Shown here: positions 50,101-63,320 of the stretch, piece after piece
How positions within the stretch are numbered: position 1 is the first letter of the stretch
How the letters are laid out: every line of letters begins with the position of its first letter
Program-made: the position numbers and the translations under genes
NCBI GenBank assembly: GCA_013239625.1
Contig: MU056379.1
Span: 3,246,895 to 3,310,894 of the forward strand
Length of the DNA stretch: 64,000 nt
DNA from: Lama guanicoe
Lineage: Eukaryota
Direction: 5' to 3'
The notes under the pieces: generated by a model
Told to the model about the DNA's origin: nothing
Seen by the model: only the letters and a program-made list of their open reading frames with translations
Databases searched by the model: none

Positions 50101-52268
50101 AATATACTGCTGAAGGTTGTGGTGCCTGAACTTCCACGGTGCTGTCGCTTATTCTTTGACGGCCTCGGCTCCACCCCACATCTACATGGCACTGGATAGA
50201 GCATCCATGAATCTAGACCCTCGTCTACGCCAAACTCTGTGTTAAGTGCTCCCACTCGGGCCTCCTCCCATTTAACCTTTACAAGAGCCACACGTGGCCA
50301 TCACTCCAAGGTCCTGAGACTTGTTCAGAGTAACCCAGCCAAGCAGAAGCTCCAGGCCCAAGGCAGCCTGACCCTCCCAGCACACCGCCTGCTAGGTTAT
50401 GCACCCTGTCCCCTGGAGAAGGCTCGGTGTGTGGGGTAGGGTGGGGGTGGCCCACAGTGTTTACTTTTCGCAGCCCTGCGTTTGCTGTGCCGCCAGCACC
50501 TGGCTGACTGTTTGCCCAAGGATTTGCCCTCCAGGAAGATGGGTGAGGCTGGGCAAGGGTGGCAAGCAAGTGGTCCGCTGCTTCTGGGCTTCCAGCTTTT
50601 GCGTAACTGAGAAGGGCCACATTCTCCATAAGTGCCACGCTCTGCAGTGCCTGGCCTCACCCGCGCAGAGCATGTGACTTTACAGAGCTGGCCCTGGCAT
50701 GCCTGGCGTGCCAGGGCTGCAGTGGCAGCTGCAGCTGGATGGTCAGCAGGGAGCAGGAGAGGTCCCCAGAGCCCTTGCATCAGGGCGCTGGCCCCAGGGT
50801 GTGGAGGCGAGGCGCAGCATCAATGGGACTTTGTGTCGCCAGGGGCAGAGGAGCACGTGGCCCAAGCCAGGAGTATCCTGTCAGACACATCTGCCCCTTT
50901 CTTTCCTGGGGTTGCCATGCCTGCTCACGGCTCCCGCCCTTCCTCCCAGCGAGGAGAGAGCCTGCCTTGATTCAGCCAATCTCTGCCCTGCTCTCACCTC
51001 CTTTCAGATGAATCAGCCCCAGGAACTTGATGATTTCTTCCCCGGCCCTGGGCCCGCCCCTCTGCCTGCCCTCCTGAGAGTGGCCTTCCAACATCCTCTT
51101 CCTGGTCTGCCTGAGCTCGCCCCTGCGTGGGCAGTCACTGACCAGGGAATGTGCTGGCGGCTTCTTGAGGCCACAGGCCTGGTCCTTGGTTCCAAAGGGA
51201 ATAGATTAGGTAAACAGAGGCTGGGTGGGTCTAGTGTCTCTCTGAAGCTGAGACCCCAGGGAGGGACCTGCATTAGCTGGGCAGGGAGTCCACGCCTCCC
51301 TCCCTGCAGTCCTGCCTGTGGCCAGCCTCGTGCCACCCCAGGGTGTCCACCTTGCTTTGGGCTGTGGCCTTTAGCAAGCCCACTGCTCTGGTCTGTGGTC
51401 CTCCCAGCACTTGGTCCTATCAGACAAGCTGTGATGACAAGCAGGCCGTCACCAAGAGACTGTGCTGCACCCTCCACTGGCAGAGCTCTGTCCACAGAGG
51501 GCAGCCATCCCTTGGGGAGCCGGCCATGTGCTGGGGCTGGGGAGGCAGCCTGGTCCCTCCACCACTGCCTCTTAGCTGGGGAGCAGGACTGACGTGGAAG
51601 GGGGAGTGCTAATCTCCTGAGTCCAGTGGCCACCAGGCCCTGAACAGCCCTCTCTCTTGCTGCTGGTCAGGGATGGGTGCCCGCCTGGAGACAGACACAG
51701 AGTCTGCAAGCTCAGGCGGCATTGCAAACAGCCCCATCCTCAGGCCTTTTGTCCACAACTCTGCTCCCCCAGGAGAATGACGAGCCCTGAAGCACGTCAA
51801 GCCCGCGAGGCCCAGTGCCAAGCGCTCGACCATCACCCCCATGGTAACGCCATGAGGCCGGTACCCTCACAGTCCCCATTTGCATGTCGTACTTTAACCA
51901 GTGTCACTCAGATCTCATTTCTCCCCATTTGACAGGAATCAGGGCTCCAAGAGGTTGTGACTTGCCCACACTTATTAGCGGCCGAGCCCAGTACCAAGTC
52001 TGGATTCTGTGACACTGAGCCCCATGCATCTCCTACTCTGCCCCTGACCCAAACCAAAGTACTCATAAATGAGCACATTGATACCTAATTCATCCCACGT
52101 TGGGTCTGACTCTCTCTGAGGAGCTCTGAGCACCTCCCAGACGTGCTCTCATGTCCTCCCAAGGCCCAGAAGAGCTGAGAGGAGGCTGGGTGCAGAGGGT
52201 GGGGAAAGGGCCGTCCAGAGTGGGCCACAGCCCTCGAAACCAGCCCTGCCACCTTCCCTCCGCCCTCT

Positions 52269-52317
52269 GCCTCTGGTGGGGAGATGCTGGGGCCTCTGGT
52301 GGGGAGATGCTGGGGCC
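52269..52317. repeat. Perfect 23-bp tandem duplication (gcctctggtggggagatgctggg x2)
   Basis: Read directly from the sequence. Confidence 0.95.
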
Positions 52318-53554
52318 GGGGGTGTGTCTCCGGGTGGGCCTGCCCTCTGCCTCCGGTCTCCCAGCTGTGCAGGTGTGAGCCAGGAGGAGGACGCTGGGAG
52401 AATCCTGACGAGGCCCCACGGGGGTGGGGATGTCAAATCCCAGGGCTGTGTCTTCAAGGGAAGTAATCATATTGTGAAGCTTTTTATAGTGCTTTCCTTC
52501 TAAGAAGCCTCCGCTATGTCTTGTGTGTTCTCCTCACATTCCTAGGAAGTTGGCAGAGAGCAGATCAGGGTCACAGGGAGGAGGTGGGACAAGGATCTGA
52601 GGGTAGGCCCTTTACCAAGTCGTCTGTGTTCCCCCAGCAGCCAGGGGGCAGCCACTGTTCCCGTGTCCATTGTCTGGAGAGGGATGAGGCTTTGCGGCTC
52701 TGAGGTCACGGGCAAGTCACTGACGGCTTAGATTTTGTCCTTGGTTTTGACTGACTTAAAACCCTGGGTATAGAATGGTCATTCCTGGTCCATCTGCCTC
52801 CCAGGGCGGCCATGAGGTAGTGTTATTGATATTTCTTCATATTCCATGGGATTGTGTTCCCCAACCGGGGGCTGAAGCCCCTTGGCAGCTGGGTGTTCAG
52901 GGGGAGTAAAAATACAAGTCCTGGGGAAACAGGAGACATCCGGTCCAGCCCCGTACATTTGGGTGAGACACTAGGCTCCGAGGGAAGTCATTCCCCTGGT
53001 GCTCCCTTTCCTTCTTGTTAACAGCGGCCCCAGGATCCTGGAGAGCCCCTCAGGATGTTGCTGGGAGGGGACTCGAGTACCCAGTGCATCCTGAGAGCAT
53101 GGCCCACGGTGCCCTCCCTGTGGATGTGCATCCTGCCTCCAGGCACAGGCTTTGTGGAGGTGGACACCACAAGCCTCCCTCCCACGGATGCCCAGGGGAG
53201 CAGGCTTGTCAGTGCTGTAGAGCCTCCCAGGCAGAAGGACCTCCGGGATAACTGGCCATGGTCCTGGCCCTGCTGCTCGCCGGGTCACCCGAGGCAAATC
53301 ACCAACACCCCCTCCCACCAGTTTATGCATCAGTGAAACGACAACGGTGCCACTTTCCTCCCCTGCCTCACCCACAGCGTGGTCGTCGGGCACCAGTGGA
53401 GCCTGCCTGTGGTTGCTGCTGCAGGAGAGCAGTCCGGGCCCGAGCTGGGATCCTGAGCACGCAGCCAGTGGGTGGTGCGGAAAGAGTCAGGGCTGGGAGT
53501 CAGGAGCCTAGGTTCTGGGCTTGACTCTGCACCGGCTACCACAGGCTGTGCTCA

Positions 53555-53990
53555 CACGTGGCTCCTGCCACTGCCAGGCCCTTTGCTGGGTGCTGGGGAC
53601 ATAGCAGGGAAGAAGACAGGCGAGGGCCCTGCCCGAGAGCCACTCCCTGAAGGGGTAGGAGGAGACAGAGAGTAAATAAGTTAACAGATGAATAAACTAG
53701 AGAGGGTTAGATGGTGGGAAGTGATGAGATGAAAATAAAATAATAATGTGACGGAGAGGCTCTGGGGCTTCCTGGGATTGGACAGGAGTCCCAGAGGAGG
53801 GATGGAGCTAGGATCTGAATGATGGAGGTGGGGAGCCATGCAGAGATGGGGAGCAAGGATCGTGTCCAGGCAAGAGCTTGGGCTTTGAGCCAGGACACAC
53901 TCGGGTATTTGAGGGACAGAGACATGGCCGAGCGCCTGGGGATAGTGAGCAAGGGTGGTGAGGGCGGGTCAGTTGGCCAGCAGAAAAAGA
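53555..53990 (-). mobile_element. L2 remnant
   Basis: tgccaggccctttgctgggtgctggggacatagcagggaagaagacag...gagctaggatctgaatgatggagg. Confidence 0.6.
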
Positions 53991-54689
53991 AGTACGTTTT
54001 CTAAGTATAATGAGCTCTGTGGAGTGACTGGAAATGTCGGGTGGGTGGATGACCAGCCAACAGAGACCGCCTCTCTCCGAGCCTCCATCTCCCCTCCTGT
54101 GCAGGGTTTGCATCAGGTCTGAGCTCTCGTCCATCTAGGTTAAGGCCCCCTCCGCATGGCTGTATTTGTGGCCAGAGCTGGTGGCAGGAAAAGTAAGGAG
54201 TTCAGCATTCAGGGGGCAATGCCTCCAACCTCAGGCTCGTCATGGGGAACTCTCAGCTGTGGAGCAAAGCCCAGGGACTGCCCTTGAATGGGTGCCTGCT
54301 GCACACCTGGGCCGAGCTAAAACTTTGCAGTGTGCATCGCTGTTCGAGTGGGCCAGGCTGCCCCAGGCCTCCATTCTCTCGGCGTCCTCCAGGGTTGGAG
54401 GAACCAGGGCGTAGTCCATCCTTCCCCGCCTGCAGGAAGACTCCCCGCCTGCAGGCAGACACTGAGCAGGAAGTGCTCCAGAGCCTGCTGGCCCCGGAGC
54501 CAAGATCACTGGGTGTCTTGGGGCTCCAGGGGCAGATGCAGTGCCCTTCCCTCTGCCTGTCTGGTTACACGGCCGTCAGCCTGGGTCATCCTCCAATGCC
54601 AGCGCCCCATCCTATCTGTCACCATTGTCTGCTGCACCTCAGTCTGGCCCCCACTCCTTTCTACCCTTGTGCCCGCCTTGGCCCAGAGT

Positions 54690-55130
54690 TTCCCAGGATA
54701 AAGCTCAGACTCCTGGGCCTGGCTCACCGACCCCACCAGCCCCTCTGCCTTGGCCCTCGCCTCTGCTCCTGTCTGGTTGGTCTGGTCTTTTCTCTGTCCT
54801 CTGTGGTGCTCACACAAGCCTCTTCCATGTTCTTCCCCTCGCTGCCCTCTTTTTGTGGCCTTGTTACTCCGACTTATTTTTCAGACCTCAGATCTTAAGG
54901 CAGCTGCCCCTCACCTCCCTGCTCAGGCTCTGAAGGGACCCGTCTTCGGAGCACACGTTGGAGAAATTTATGCTGTCATATGTGAAGATTGGTTTGAAGC
55001 CTCTTTTTCCTTCTGGCCTGTGGGTTCCTTGAGGGCTGGCCCGACCTGAGTTTTATTTATTGCTGGGGCCCCTGGCACACAGTAGGCACTCTGCTTATGT
55101 GTTGGACAGGTGGAGAATGGCTGCATGTGT
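54690..55130 (+). mobile_element. L2 remnant
   Basis: caggataaagctcagactcct...ttccttgagggc...cctggcacacagtaggcactc. Confidence 0.6.
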
Positions 55131-58100
55131 GAATTTAATTTCTACTTGGTTTCACCTGTGTTCACACCCCAGGCCCCACCCCTGGAGCTGTTCCCAGCCT
55201 TCTCTCCCCTCACGCCCTGGTGCTGCCCTAAGCCAGAGTCTGGAACCAAACCCTGGCTCCGTGTGATGGTTGGTGTCCTCACAACTGCCAGGCCTGGGGC
55301 CACCTTGTGCCCTGAGCCCCTAGGTCAGCCAGACCTGGGGTTTGGGGCCTGGGCCTGCCTGGGGTCTCTCGAGGACTGAAGGGCTGACTCAGACCCGTGC
55401 CACCGACTGGAAGAAAGGAGTATGCTCGGCCAGCTTGGAGGTCAGGTGGGATTGCCAAGGAACCGTGGACTAAGGAGGGGGGCTTTGGAGCCCTTGCCTC
55501 TAAGCTTGAGGCTCGAGGCTGTGGTGGGTGGTCCTGGGCCGCACACCGTGTCTCCTCTGCAGGCTGGCCAGACCTTTGCTCTCCAGAGACTTGACATCCT
55601 CAGTGCTGCCGCCAAGATGGTAGAGAGGACGGTGGTGGGACACCCAGGGTTTGGCAGCCTCAACTGTCTCCCTCAGTGTCAGGGTCTTCCCAGCCCTGGC
55701 CAGGGCCCTGCTCATGGTGGGGGTGGGCTGTCAGGCCACAAGGACATTCTGGTCAGGCAGGCTGCATCTGACACTGGCAGGGAGGGGCACCCAGGAGGCC
55801 CCAGAGCCACAATTCTAGGTCACCTCCTGCAACATCCAGAGGCAGGAGAGGTATTTATAGCAGCCAGTGGCCACCAAGGGTGGGGCAGTCAGCAGGAGCT
55901 ATGACGCAGGCTGCCCCCCTCAGGTCCCCTGCTCTTGCCGACTCCCTCACCGCCACCCCCAACTCCAGAGCCTTCCTGGACAAGCAGTGAAGGGCTGGGC
56001 CTGCTGAGGAAGCAGGCATTGACACTCTCCTTCCCAAGCCTCAGAGGAGATAAGGTGCCACTTTCTGCCTGGCAGGAGCCTCGGCCTCACCCGGTCTGGC
56101 TAGGACCCTGTCTGTCTCCTGGGCCCCAGGTGGGCATCCCATTAGCACTCAATGCCCGGCACTGCTAGTCTCTCTCGATGGCCCTGTCAGCTCCCGTTGA
56201 AAGGTTCATCCCCTGGAGTCAGACACAGCTTTGCCGACCTCCCCAGGGCTGGCAGGGTCCGTGGAAGTCCTGCCTCATCCCTCCTGGTAGCAGGCAGTTG
56301 ATGAAGCCGCGGGCACCTGCCCCAGGTCGACTGGGAGGAGGTCCTGCCAAATGTCCATTACCTCCCTTCTGTGACCTTTTAAGTGGTCATGGAGTGCCAC
56401 TCAGGGCTGGAAGTTCAGGCAGCAGTCTAGCCCACAGTCACCAGGGAGCTGCCACACCCCAGGAGCAGGCCAGGAAGCAGAGGCCACAGAAATGTTGGTG
56501 TGTTGAGCCTGGGGCCCTGGCCCTGAGGATGAGTCCTCTGGGAGGGAAAGTGATACCAAAGTCCGGAGTCCAAGGTCGGGCCCTGCCCTCTCCGAGCCTT
56601 TACCTACCCAGATCCGAAGCCAGCCCTTTGGTCCCGCCTGGGCATGAAGAGTGAGAAGGCTGATGTTTACGAGGTGCCTGGTGAGGTTGCCCCCACTGTG
56701 GAGGCCAGTGCTCCCCATTTCTAGTCTGTGTTGCCCTGAGCCTCTGGGCCCATCCCCCAGACCTGAAGCAAAGCCGGGGGAGGCCAGGGTTTCCTTCCTA
56801 GGAGCCTCAGTGTAACAGAGAAGGCGAGGCAAAGCACCAAGAGCCTGCAGGAAGGTGGGCCGAGATGGATCAGTCATGGGCCGACCAACCAGGACTGGGG
56901 CTCAAGGCCAACTGGGACGGGCCCGAGCTCCGCCAGGGAGAGGGCCATTCCTTTGATGAGCAGGAGACGGGCTTGCCCACTGACAGCGACAGAGGTGGGT
57001 GGTTGGTCGAGAGCTTTATAGCTAATGGTTGGGAGTTTTAATCGCACATAAAGAGCATTTAGGAGCCATAATGCACTTTTGAGGAGGGGTTGATTTAATT
57101 AAAACTAAGCAGGTGTGTATGTAGCTAATACCACCAAGCAACCCGTCTGTGCTGGACCCGGCGCTCAGCACTTCACAACTTTGAACTCACTTTGTCTTCA
57201 CAGCAGCCCCACGAGGGAGGCGCTGTCATCACCATCCCTATTTCACTGAGGAGGAGGAAGTGATGGTTGATTCGTCCCGGGCGGTGGCTCCTGCGCTTTA
57301 CTTTGAAGGTCATGGCTCAGTGCACGTCTGCGTGGGCAGAGGCACTAGGACAAAAGCTGGGTGTAGCCCTGCCCTCGTCCAGTGGCAGGGGGCCTTTGGA
57401 GCCCCCACCCCCTCCCGGAGGCCTGTGGGCACATGCTTGGTCCAGCTTGTCGTGCCCAGGACGGTTTCTAGGGAGTGAGGGGGACTGTAGGAGTCTCTGA
57501 GCACCTGGTCAGTGTTTTTTGTGGCTTAGTCCAGGCAGACACATAGGATGGTCCAGTTAGCTTGGGCTCCTGGGTGGACCTCCCAGGCTCTCAGCCATCC
57601 TGCACTGAAACAGCAAGTAGAACTAAAAGTCAGGGCCAGAAAGGACCTGAGAGTTCCTTCTGTCCAGGACCTCTCAAACATTTTTAAGCACTGAGATTGT
57701 TTAGTTCAAATACAATGTTACAAGGAGCCCCAATGTGTAAAACAGCTTAAAGTACTCTGACCAGCATAGCCGGCAAGCCCCAGCCTGCTGTGACCACCTC
57801 CCCTCAGCTGGAGGTGCCTGAGGGTTTCCAGAAACCCACTTGGGAGAGCACTGCCATCCACTCACTGGGCACGGGAGAGGAGGGCCACCGAGGGCTGGGG
57901 TCTGGACCGCAGCCTGGGCACCGTAGGGAGCAGCACCTCCTGCTGCCAGCGGTGCTCTGAGGAGCAAGGGATGCTGGCCCTCCGGTTGCACAGGAACTCT
58001 GCAGACCTCCTCCCCTGGGAAAGAGCTCGTGTTACGAAGTCACTCGATCCCTGCCTGCTTCTGCGATGCCCAGGGAATGGTTGAAGCGAAACTCAATAGC

Positions 58101-59029
58101 CCGAGTGAGGGCCTGTGCCCTAGATGGCCGTGCTGCCCAGGGAGGTGGCCCCTCCACCCATCCTCCGTGGCCCATGCAGCCTCCTGGAGTCTGGGGAGCC
58201 TCTCCCCCTGAGCAGGCCTGAGGAGGTGTGATAGAACCGTGGTGGCACAGGGTTGGCTGGGCGCGGGGGTTCCCAGAGGGGAGGTGTCAGGCTAGGTGTG
58301 CCCACTTAGCATCCTCATTAGCAGCCTCACTAGGGGGCCCTGAATGAAGTGGAAGGTGCTAATTCCTCTCAGAGGTGTTGCCAGCACCCGGGACAGGGAG
58401 TCTCTTCTCGGAAGCTCTGGGAAGCCCAGCTAAAACTTTGCAGATGAGCTGCGCAGGGCGGGAGTGGTAGTGGGGGAGTCTCCCGGTAAATGGCTTGTAG
58501 GAGAGCAGAGGCCCTGGGGGAGATAAGGGGTGGGGGGCCTGGGAGGACTGCCAGTAGGATGCTGGACCGGGCAAATGGACATCCAGAGTTTGAGCTGGGA
58601 AGGGGCCTACAGTGGGACTCCCCAAAACTTAAGACATAGGCAGACGGGGGCATTCCGCAGGAGCACAGGTGTGTCCTTGAGCCAGAGCTCCTCGTTCCCA
58701 GCTGATCCATGGGATCATGAGTCCATCTCAGTGGTTCGTTGTGGGTTAAGGAGGCAGGGCCAGTGAAGCCTCAGCCTGGGCAAGTGGGGCTCCTAGGAGA
58801 TGCTGCCATTCCTGCTGGAAAAGGTAGGTCAGGGTATTAGGTAGGTCGACAAGGGTGACGGCAGGCGTGGGTCAGCCCGGTGGCCAGGGGTAGGGAGCAG
58901 GGTCTTTCTGTATGGGAGGCTTGAATTAGCTCACAGGGAGATCTGGGCCCTGCTACGCCTCGAGGGTAGGGACTCGGGCAGTGAGAAGTCTTAAGCACCC
59001 TCAGGAGAGATGCTGGATAGATAATAACT

Positions 59030-59210
59030 ACAGCCACTGTTACTTTCCACGAGCCGAGGGCTTTATATGCATTATCCCACTTACTCCTCGCGACTCCCTG
59101 TGAAGCGGGTACCTCCATTATCCTCTTCTGCAGATGAGGAGACTGTCACTCAGAGAAGTGAAGGTCACAGACAACTAGAAGCGACAGATCTGAGATTCAG
59201 ATTCGGGGCT
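59030..59210 (-). mobile_element. MIR
   Basis: tgcagatgaggagactgtcactcagagaagtgaaggtcacag. Confidence 0.65.
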
Positions 59211-59919
59211 GTCCTCCAGGGCTGGAGGGAAGGGGTAAAGATATTACGGAGCACAAAGGGGGGATGTGAGAAGACCACAGGGCCTGAATAGAAATAGCCC
59301 TGGGATGGGTGCCTGCATCCATCCACAAACAGACAGGAGGAAAGGGCCAGGGCCTGGGAGACCCGGGCGCCAGGCAGTGCCCATCAGGCAGCCAGCAGAG
59401 CCCGCCTCTCTGGGCTGCTCCGGGGCACCTCTGCCCCAGGCACCAGAATGAGTGTGGGACAAGGGCCCATCCTTAGTTTCAGGAAAATAAACAGCCTCCA
59501 AGGAAGAATTCAGAAATAAAACTTGACCTGACCAGAGGGGAACTTCTTCCGCTATTGGAAGCAGGTCCGTTCTGGCCCAGTGAGCCCTGGCGTCAACCCC
59601 CTGGAGGAGAGGACCAGGGAGGGCAGTGGGGTGGGAGGAGGGCCTGGCCTGACTGCTCGTGAGGGTCCTGCCACTTCCTGGGCCCTCCCTCCTCGTCTCC
59701 CAGCAGCCAGCCCCCCTCCCAAAACAACTAGCAGGGAACGAAAGGCCTCAGTTGATTCCCAGGGAGCTGGCTGGTGTCAGTGACAGGGCCCGTGGCAGAT
59801 GGCAAGTTTTGCTTGTTGTAGATGAGTGAAAAATAATTAGCGTGAGAACGAGAAGCTGGAGCCTCGGTGATAAATGGAGCCCTGACCAGGGCTCATCGGG
59901 AGGGGCTGAGAGCACAGAC

Positions 59920-60110
59920 TGGAGCCCCGCGGCCTGGCTCTGTCTCTCACTAGCTGAGTGACTTTGGGAAAGTTACTTTACTTCTCTGGGCCTGTTTCCT
60001 CATCCATAAAATGATAACATTTACCTCATAGGGTTGTTAAAAGAATGACGTTAAAGTGGGTAACATCTGAGAATTGCTCTTTACCATATATAATAAATGC
60101 TATGTAAGAA
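59920..60110 (+). mobile_element. MIR
   Basis: actagctgagtgactttgggaaagttactttacttctctgggcctgtttcctcatccataaaatg. Confidence 0.75.
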
Positions 60111-61314
60111 TTTTTTAAAAAATAACAGGTGATAGAATAATTGTTGGAGCTGTTTCTGCATCCAGCCCAGCATGGCATCCAGCAGTTGGAGCCATTCCTT
60201 TTCATCCTCTTCCTCGAACTCTCTGCCTGGCCCTGAGATTGCTCTTCCGTAGGGAGGGGCTCTGGCCATCAAGCCTGTCGATGTGGAGAGAACACAGCAG
60301 AAAGACGTGGCTTCAGAGCCAGACTTGGCACCTCACTCATTGGGTTGTTTAACCTCAGAGCCTCGGTTTCCCCATCTGTGACATGAGACCAGCTGTACCC
60401 ACCTTCGGGCTTGTAGTGAGGGGCATAGGAGGCACCTCCCCTGGTCCTTCAAAGTGGCCCTGGCTGGGAGGGTGGGGAAGGTGCTTGTGAGTCTGAGACC
60501 CTGGGGGCGGAGGGGAGTGGCCGTGGCGTCCCCCTCCTGCCCCCGGCCACACCAGGCACACTGTTTCAGTCCCTGAGCCTGGGTGCGTGAGGAACCCGGC
60601 CTCAGCCCTGGGCAGACTCAGCTCTGCCTTCTGCTCCTGCACAGCTGACGTGTGAAAAGCAACAGCTTTCAGGCCAGTAGCTTGGGTTGTGCACACCCGG
60701 GCACAGGCTGGCAGTGCACGTGGCCCCCAACCCACGCACGTGCTCTCTCTGTCGCCTCCCTCACCGCCCTTCCCCTTCCTGTGGTCCTGGAGACCAACCT
60801 CTGTGTGGGGCCACAGGCCAGGGAAGGAGAAGGGACTTGCCCGGTGGAGGGAACATGTGGGTCTTTGTGTCTGTGTGCGTGGGAATGAGGACCCGGACTG
60901 ACGGGCAGAGATTTTTTCTTTTCAAGTAACTCAAGGAGGCTGCTTTGAAATACCAGCCCTGCCCCGTCCTTGTCGTGGGATCTTCAGGAATTGTGCCTCT
61001 CTGACCTTGGTCTCTTCATCTATAAAGCTGGGGTAATGCCCCTATGACCTGATGAGGCTTCTAGCTCTGGGCCCATAGCCCCCTCACTTTCAGGCAGCCC
61101 GTGGAACTCCCCTGGGCTCAGTCTTCCTCATCTGCAGAGTGGGGTCGATACCCGCAGTCTCCCCGTGGTGGCGTGACCACAAGCCTGGAGCCAGAGGAAG
61201 ACCCACAGAGCTCTTTGTGATCCCTAACGCCATGGCTCTTCATTCCATAGGGGGCATCAGAAGCCTGCTCCTGGGTTCAGAAACAGGCATTTAGCTGAAT
61301 CCTGCTCCTCAGAA

Positions 61315-61490
61315 GCAGTGGTTAAGACACAGGCCCTGGAACTAGGCTGTGTGACCCAGGGCAATTCACTTCACCTCATCTGTAAAATACAGTAATAGCA
61401 GTGCCTGCCTCACAGAGTTATTATAAGGATTAAGTGAGTTATGTTTGCAAAGGGCTCAGATGAGGCCCAGGATGTGGTAGGTAACTGACA
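61315..61490 (+). mobile_element. MIR
   Basis: gcagtggttaagacacagg...gctgtgtgacccagggcaattcact...catctgtaaaat. Confidence 0.7.
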
Positions 61491-63109
61491 GGTGCTAGAG
61501 GACTTAAGGTGGGCTGAGCTGGGACCGCCCTGCAGCCTCTTGAAGTGATTCTGGTTACTATGTGTTGATCCCCTCCCTGTGTGGGTGCTCCCTCATATAA
61601 GCCTCACCAGCCAGCAGGGAGGCTAACTAGCTCTGTAGCCAGAGAGTGGCCACAGCTGAGAAGTGGAGGGGCCAGGATTTGACCACCCCTGGAGCCAGTG
61701 CTCTGGGCACGACTAAAGAGGGCGGGCGCTGTCTACCAGCCCACTTAGGCCAGAAGGGAGCCCGTTCGTGAGCCCACCCCGCTGAGACAGAGCATCTGGG
61801 GCCAGCACTCGCCCTGCAGGCTGCCTGGGGCCCAGCCTCACTGCAGTCAGGCCCCCAAGTCAGATACCCACCTCAGGAAGACAAGCTCCAGTGCCCAACA
61901 CAGAAACACTTGGGAACCAGACAGACCCCAAGGGCCTAGCTAGCAGCAGTTTCCTCTCACTGTGTTTGGAACACATTCTAACTTCAAAGCCCTTTCACAC
62001 AGGGAATCCCACTCATTATAGGAAAGGGAGTCCTGGGCCCTCTCCTCAGGACTCCAAAGACCACAGCACCTTGCGGAACTAAAAGAGTCCTTACAGACTG
62101 CCTGATTTCCCTTTTTACTTTGGCCACCAGGAAGCATGGAATGTACTGATAGTTTTACACGTAGCTCCTGTGGGGGCCGTTGTGTCTTGCACATGTACAA
62201 CCATTTCCCCAATCTTCTATTTTAATGTACTTAGTTTTTGTTCTGAAGATTTTACATTTATATTCCACCTTTTCATTGCTTGTGGTTCCCGTATAGACAC
62301 ATGCAGCTGTTGCTGATACAAGTAAATATTAACAAATACAAAAATACTAGCCTCCCCTTAGTCCAGGTTCTTTATTCTTCAGGAGAGGCAACCAAGGCCT
62401 GAAGGAGTGGTGAATTTCTGGCCTGGGGATGCTGCCCTGGGTCTGGGGCTGGCAGCTTGAGAATGTGGCTGGACCTAGCCCAGTCACCAGCCTCAACAGG
62501 CAGGGCTAAACGGGGTCCAGGGAAAGTGGGCCTGGGGCTGAGGTCTCCTCTCCTTTGCCAGCCCAGCTGCGGAGCAGTGGGGTCCCCACCCACTGGGAGG
62601 TGGAGAGGTAGCCACAGATGACTCTGCCTGAAACCGTACAGGTGATTGATGCCTTCTTGTGGATTGATTGCCAGCGAGGGAGTTCATGTGGATTTTGCCA
62701 GCTTCCAAGGGGGTTATGCATCAAGAGTGTGAAAGAGAAGATCTCAGCCCAGGCTCCCCGGAGAAACACTCTGCTAATGGGACTGTCTCTTGGGGAGTTC
62801 AAGAACAGCATGCTGTGAGGTGGGAGAAGGGAACTGTGGGACAGTTTGTCTAGCACCTGCTGGGATGGACAGATAGGGAAAGCTGGAGTCTCTGGGGCCT
62901 TTCTGAACCTCAGTTTTCTTACCCATAAAAGGGGGCTCCAGGACTGTTTGCATGGCCCCTTCTAACCCTGATATTCCTGCATTAAGTGTGGGCTTTGGAT
63001 AGCACTGGACTCCTGCCTGCTCAGCCTCCTGCTCCTTGGAAGCTGCGGGGCAGAGTCTCTGAGCCCCAGCCTCCTCATTCTTCAATAGAACTCATAGTGG
63101 AAGAGCTAC

Positions 63110-63320
63110 ATTCACTGAGCACCTACTCTGTGATAGGTGTGGGCTTAAGTGTGTGACTCATTTAACCCTGTGACAATTCTGAGCTAGGTACTGTTCTTAG
63201 CCCCATTTTAGAAATAAGGAACTGAGCGGCACAGAGAGGTTAAATAACTTGTCCAAGGTCACACAGCCAGTAAGTGCAGGGCCAGGACCTAGACACAGCC
63301 TGATTTTTAGAGCATGTGGA
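63110..63320 (-). mobile_element. MIR
   Basis: ccccattttagaaataaggaactgagcggcacagagaggttaaataacttgtccaaggtcacacagc. Confidence 0.8.

Noticed and set aside
50699-51633. Overlapping 297-aa and 206-aa ORFs
   Set aside because: GC-rich intronic sequence with no domain similarity or splice-bounded coding signature.
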